DNA of 64,000 bases from positions 1,116,001 to 1,180,000 of the forward strand of contig NC_043024.1 in the NCBI RefSeq assembly GCF_006345805.1, in the 5' to 3' direction. The stretch's first letter is position 1, and each line of letters opens with the position of its first letter. A model generated the notes under the pieces. That model was not told the DNA's origin, made no database searches, and saw only the letters and a list, made by a program, of their open reading frames with translations. The translations under genes and the position numbers were made by a program. This stretch comes from Octopus sinensis (taxonomy: Eukaryota). Shown here piece by piece: positions 62,996 through 64,000 of this stretch.

Positions 62996-64000
62996 TATTA
63001 TTGCTAAGGCAGCAAGCGAGCAGAGTCCGTTACCATTCCGGACAAAACGCTTGGTGGCATTTCTTCCGGCTCTACACTCTGTGTTCAAATTCTGCCGAGG
63101 TTTACTTTGCGTTTCATTCTATCAGGGGTGGATAAAATAAAGGACCAGTTAAGCACCCGGGTCGATGTAACCGTCTCTTCCCCGCTGTCCCAAAATGTCC
63201 TGCCATGTGCCTATGGAAAGGCGATGCTGGTGTTTTTGTGTTATTGATAATGGAGGTGCTGTGTTAGTAATTAGGTGAACGTGTTTGTGACGATCGGACA
63301 ATCCTGTGTAGATTGTGTTGGGGAATCGTGTAACGATGTTCGTTGCTGTGTGTAGTCTGATGGTGTCTGCTACATACTGTGAGCTATCTTTCCATTACTA
63401 GGCCGAAATAAATGTTTGGGATGTTGGGATATAGTGGTGAGAGAATGTCTGCCAGCAGATGACGATATGTTAGTCGGCGTCCTATTATAATTCCATTCAC
63501 ATCTAGGATGCTTTTAAAAACTAACACAGAACTCGACTAAAGAATGAAAAACAAAGTTGACCTCGGCGGGATTTGAAATCGGAACGTCGAGGGCCAGGAA
63601 TTAAATTCCGCAAATGTTTTCTGACTTCCCAACCGCCGCCACCCATCCACCCGCTTTTCTATTCTTGTTTTAGGTATGTGTGTGACAGCGAGGAGTCTGA
63701 TGGGGGCTTGAAGCGTTGTAAGGAAGGGTATGTTGCGGGTAATCAGGTCAAACTGTGAATATAGAAATATTTTGACGATGTAGTATTTGTAGTATAGGGA
63801 CATCGATCGGATGGATGTAGGATGTGGTATGTGGTTGTTTGTGATGTAGTATGACAGTTAAGGTGTGTTTGTGGGACTGTAGTGTGGTAATCGGGACGAG
63901 TCGGGTCGAAATACGTTCGGGATGGATTTTGTAGAAGCGAGTCATCATGTATTCCGTTACATGGAGATATGTCATTTGCGATAAGCTCGTGTGACAATCG

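Noticed and set aside
63200-64000. Possible decayed retroelement coding region at the window end
   Set aside because: Only vague similarity with multiple stops; not assignable without a search.

Overview
Animal genomic DNA, AT-rich and very repeat-dense. The SINE/LINE families and microsatellite load look like an octopod cephalopod; this is my inference from recognising the repeats, not a database result. Most of the window is intron-like or intergenic: (TA)n/(TG)n/(TATC)n/(ATC)n microsatellites, three tRNA-derived SINE families (called A, B and D here), many RTE-LINE 3' ends (family C), fragments of RTE, CR1-like, Penelope-like (RT and GIY-YIG) and Tc1 elements, hAT and piggyBac-like MITEs, tandem duplications and a 100-N gap. 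Nearly all supplied ORFs are microsatellite or repeat artefacts. Only one host coding exon is reasonably supported (20389-20571, +, unidentified Pro/Ser/Thr/Tyr-rich segment); other exon candidates are weak. I found no CRISPR array, rRNA or true tRNA gene. The most interesting signal is five sequence-distinct minimal type I hammerhead-ribozyme-like folds (two of them duplicated, seven motifs in all). All are on the minus strand, and three lie in the spacer or apex of 60-136 bp inverted repeats, suggesting a population of Penelope-derived ribozyme fold-back elements. SINE and LINE boundaries are approximate (about +/-10-20 bp).
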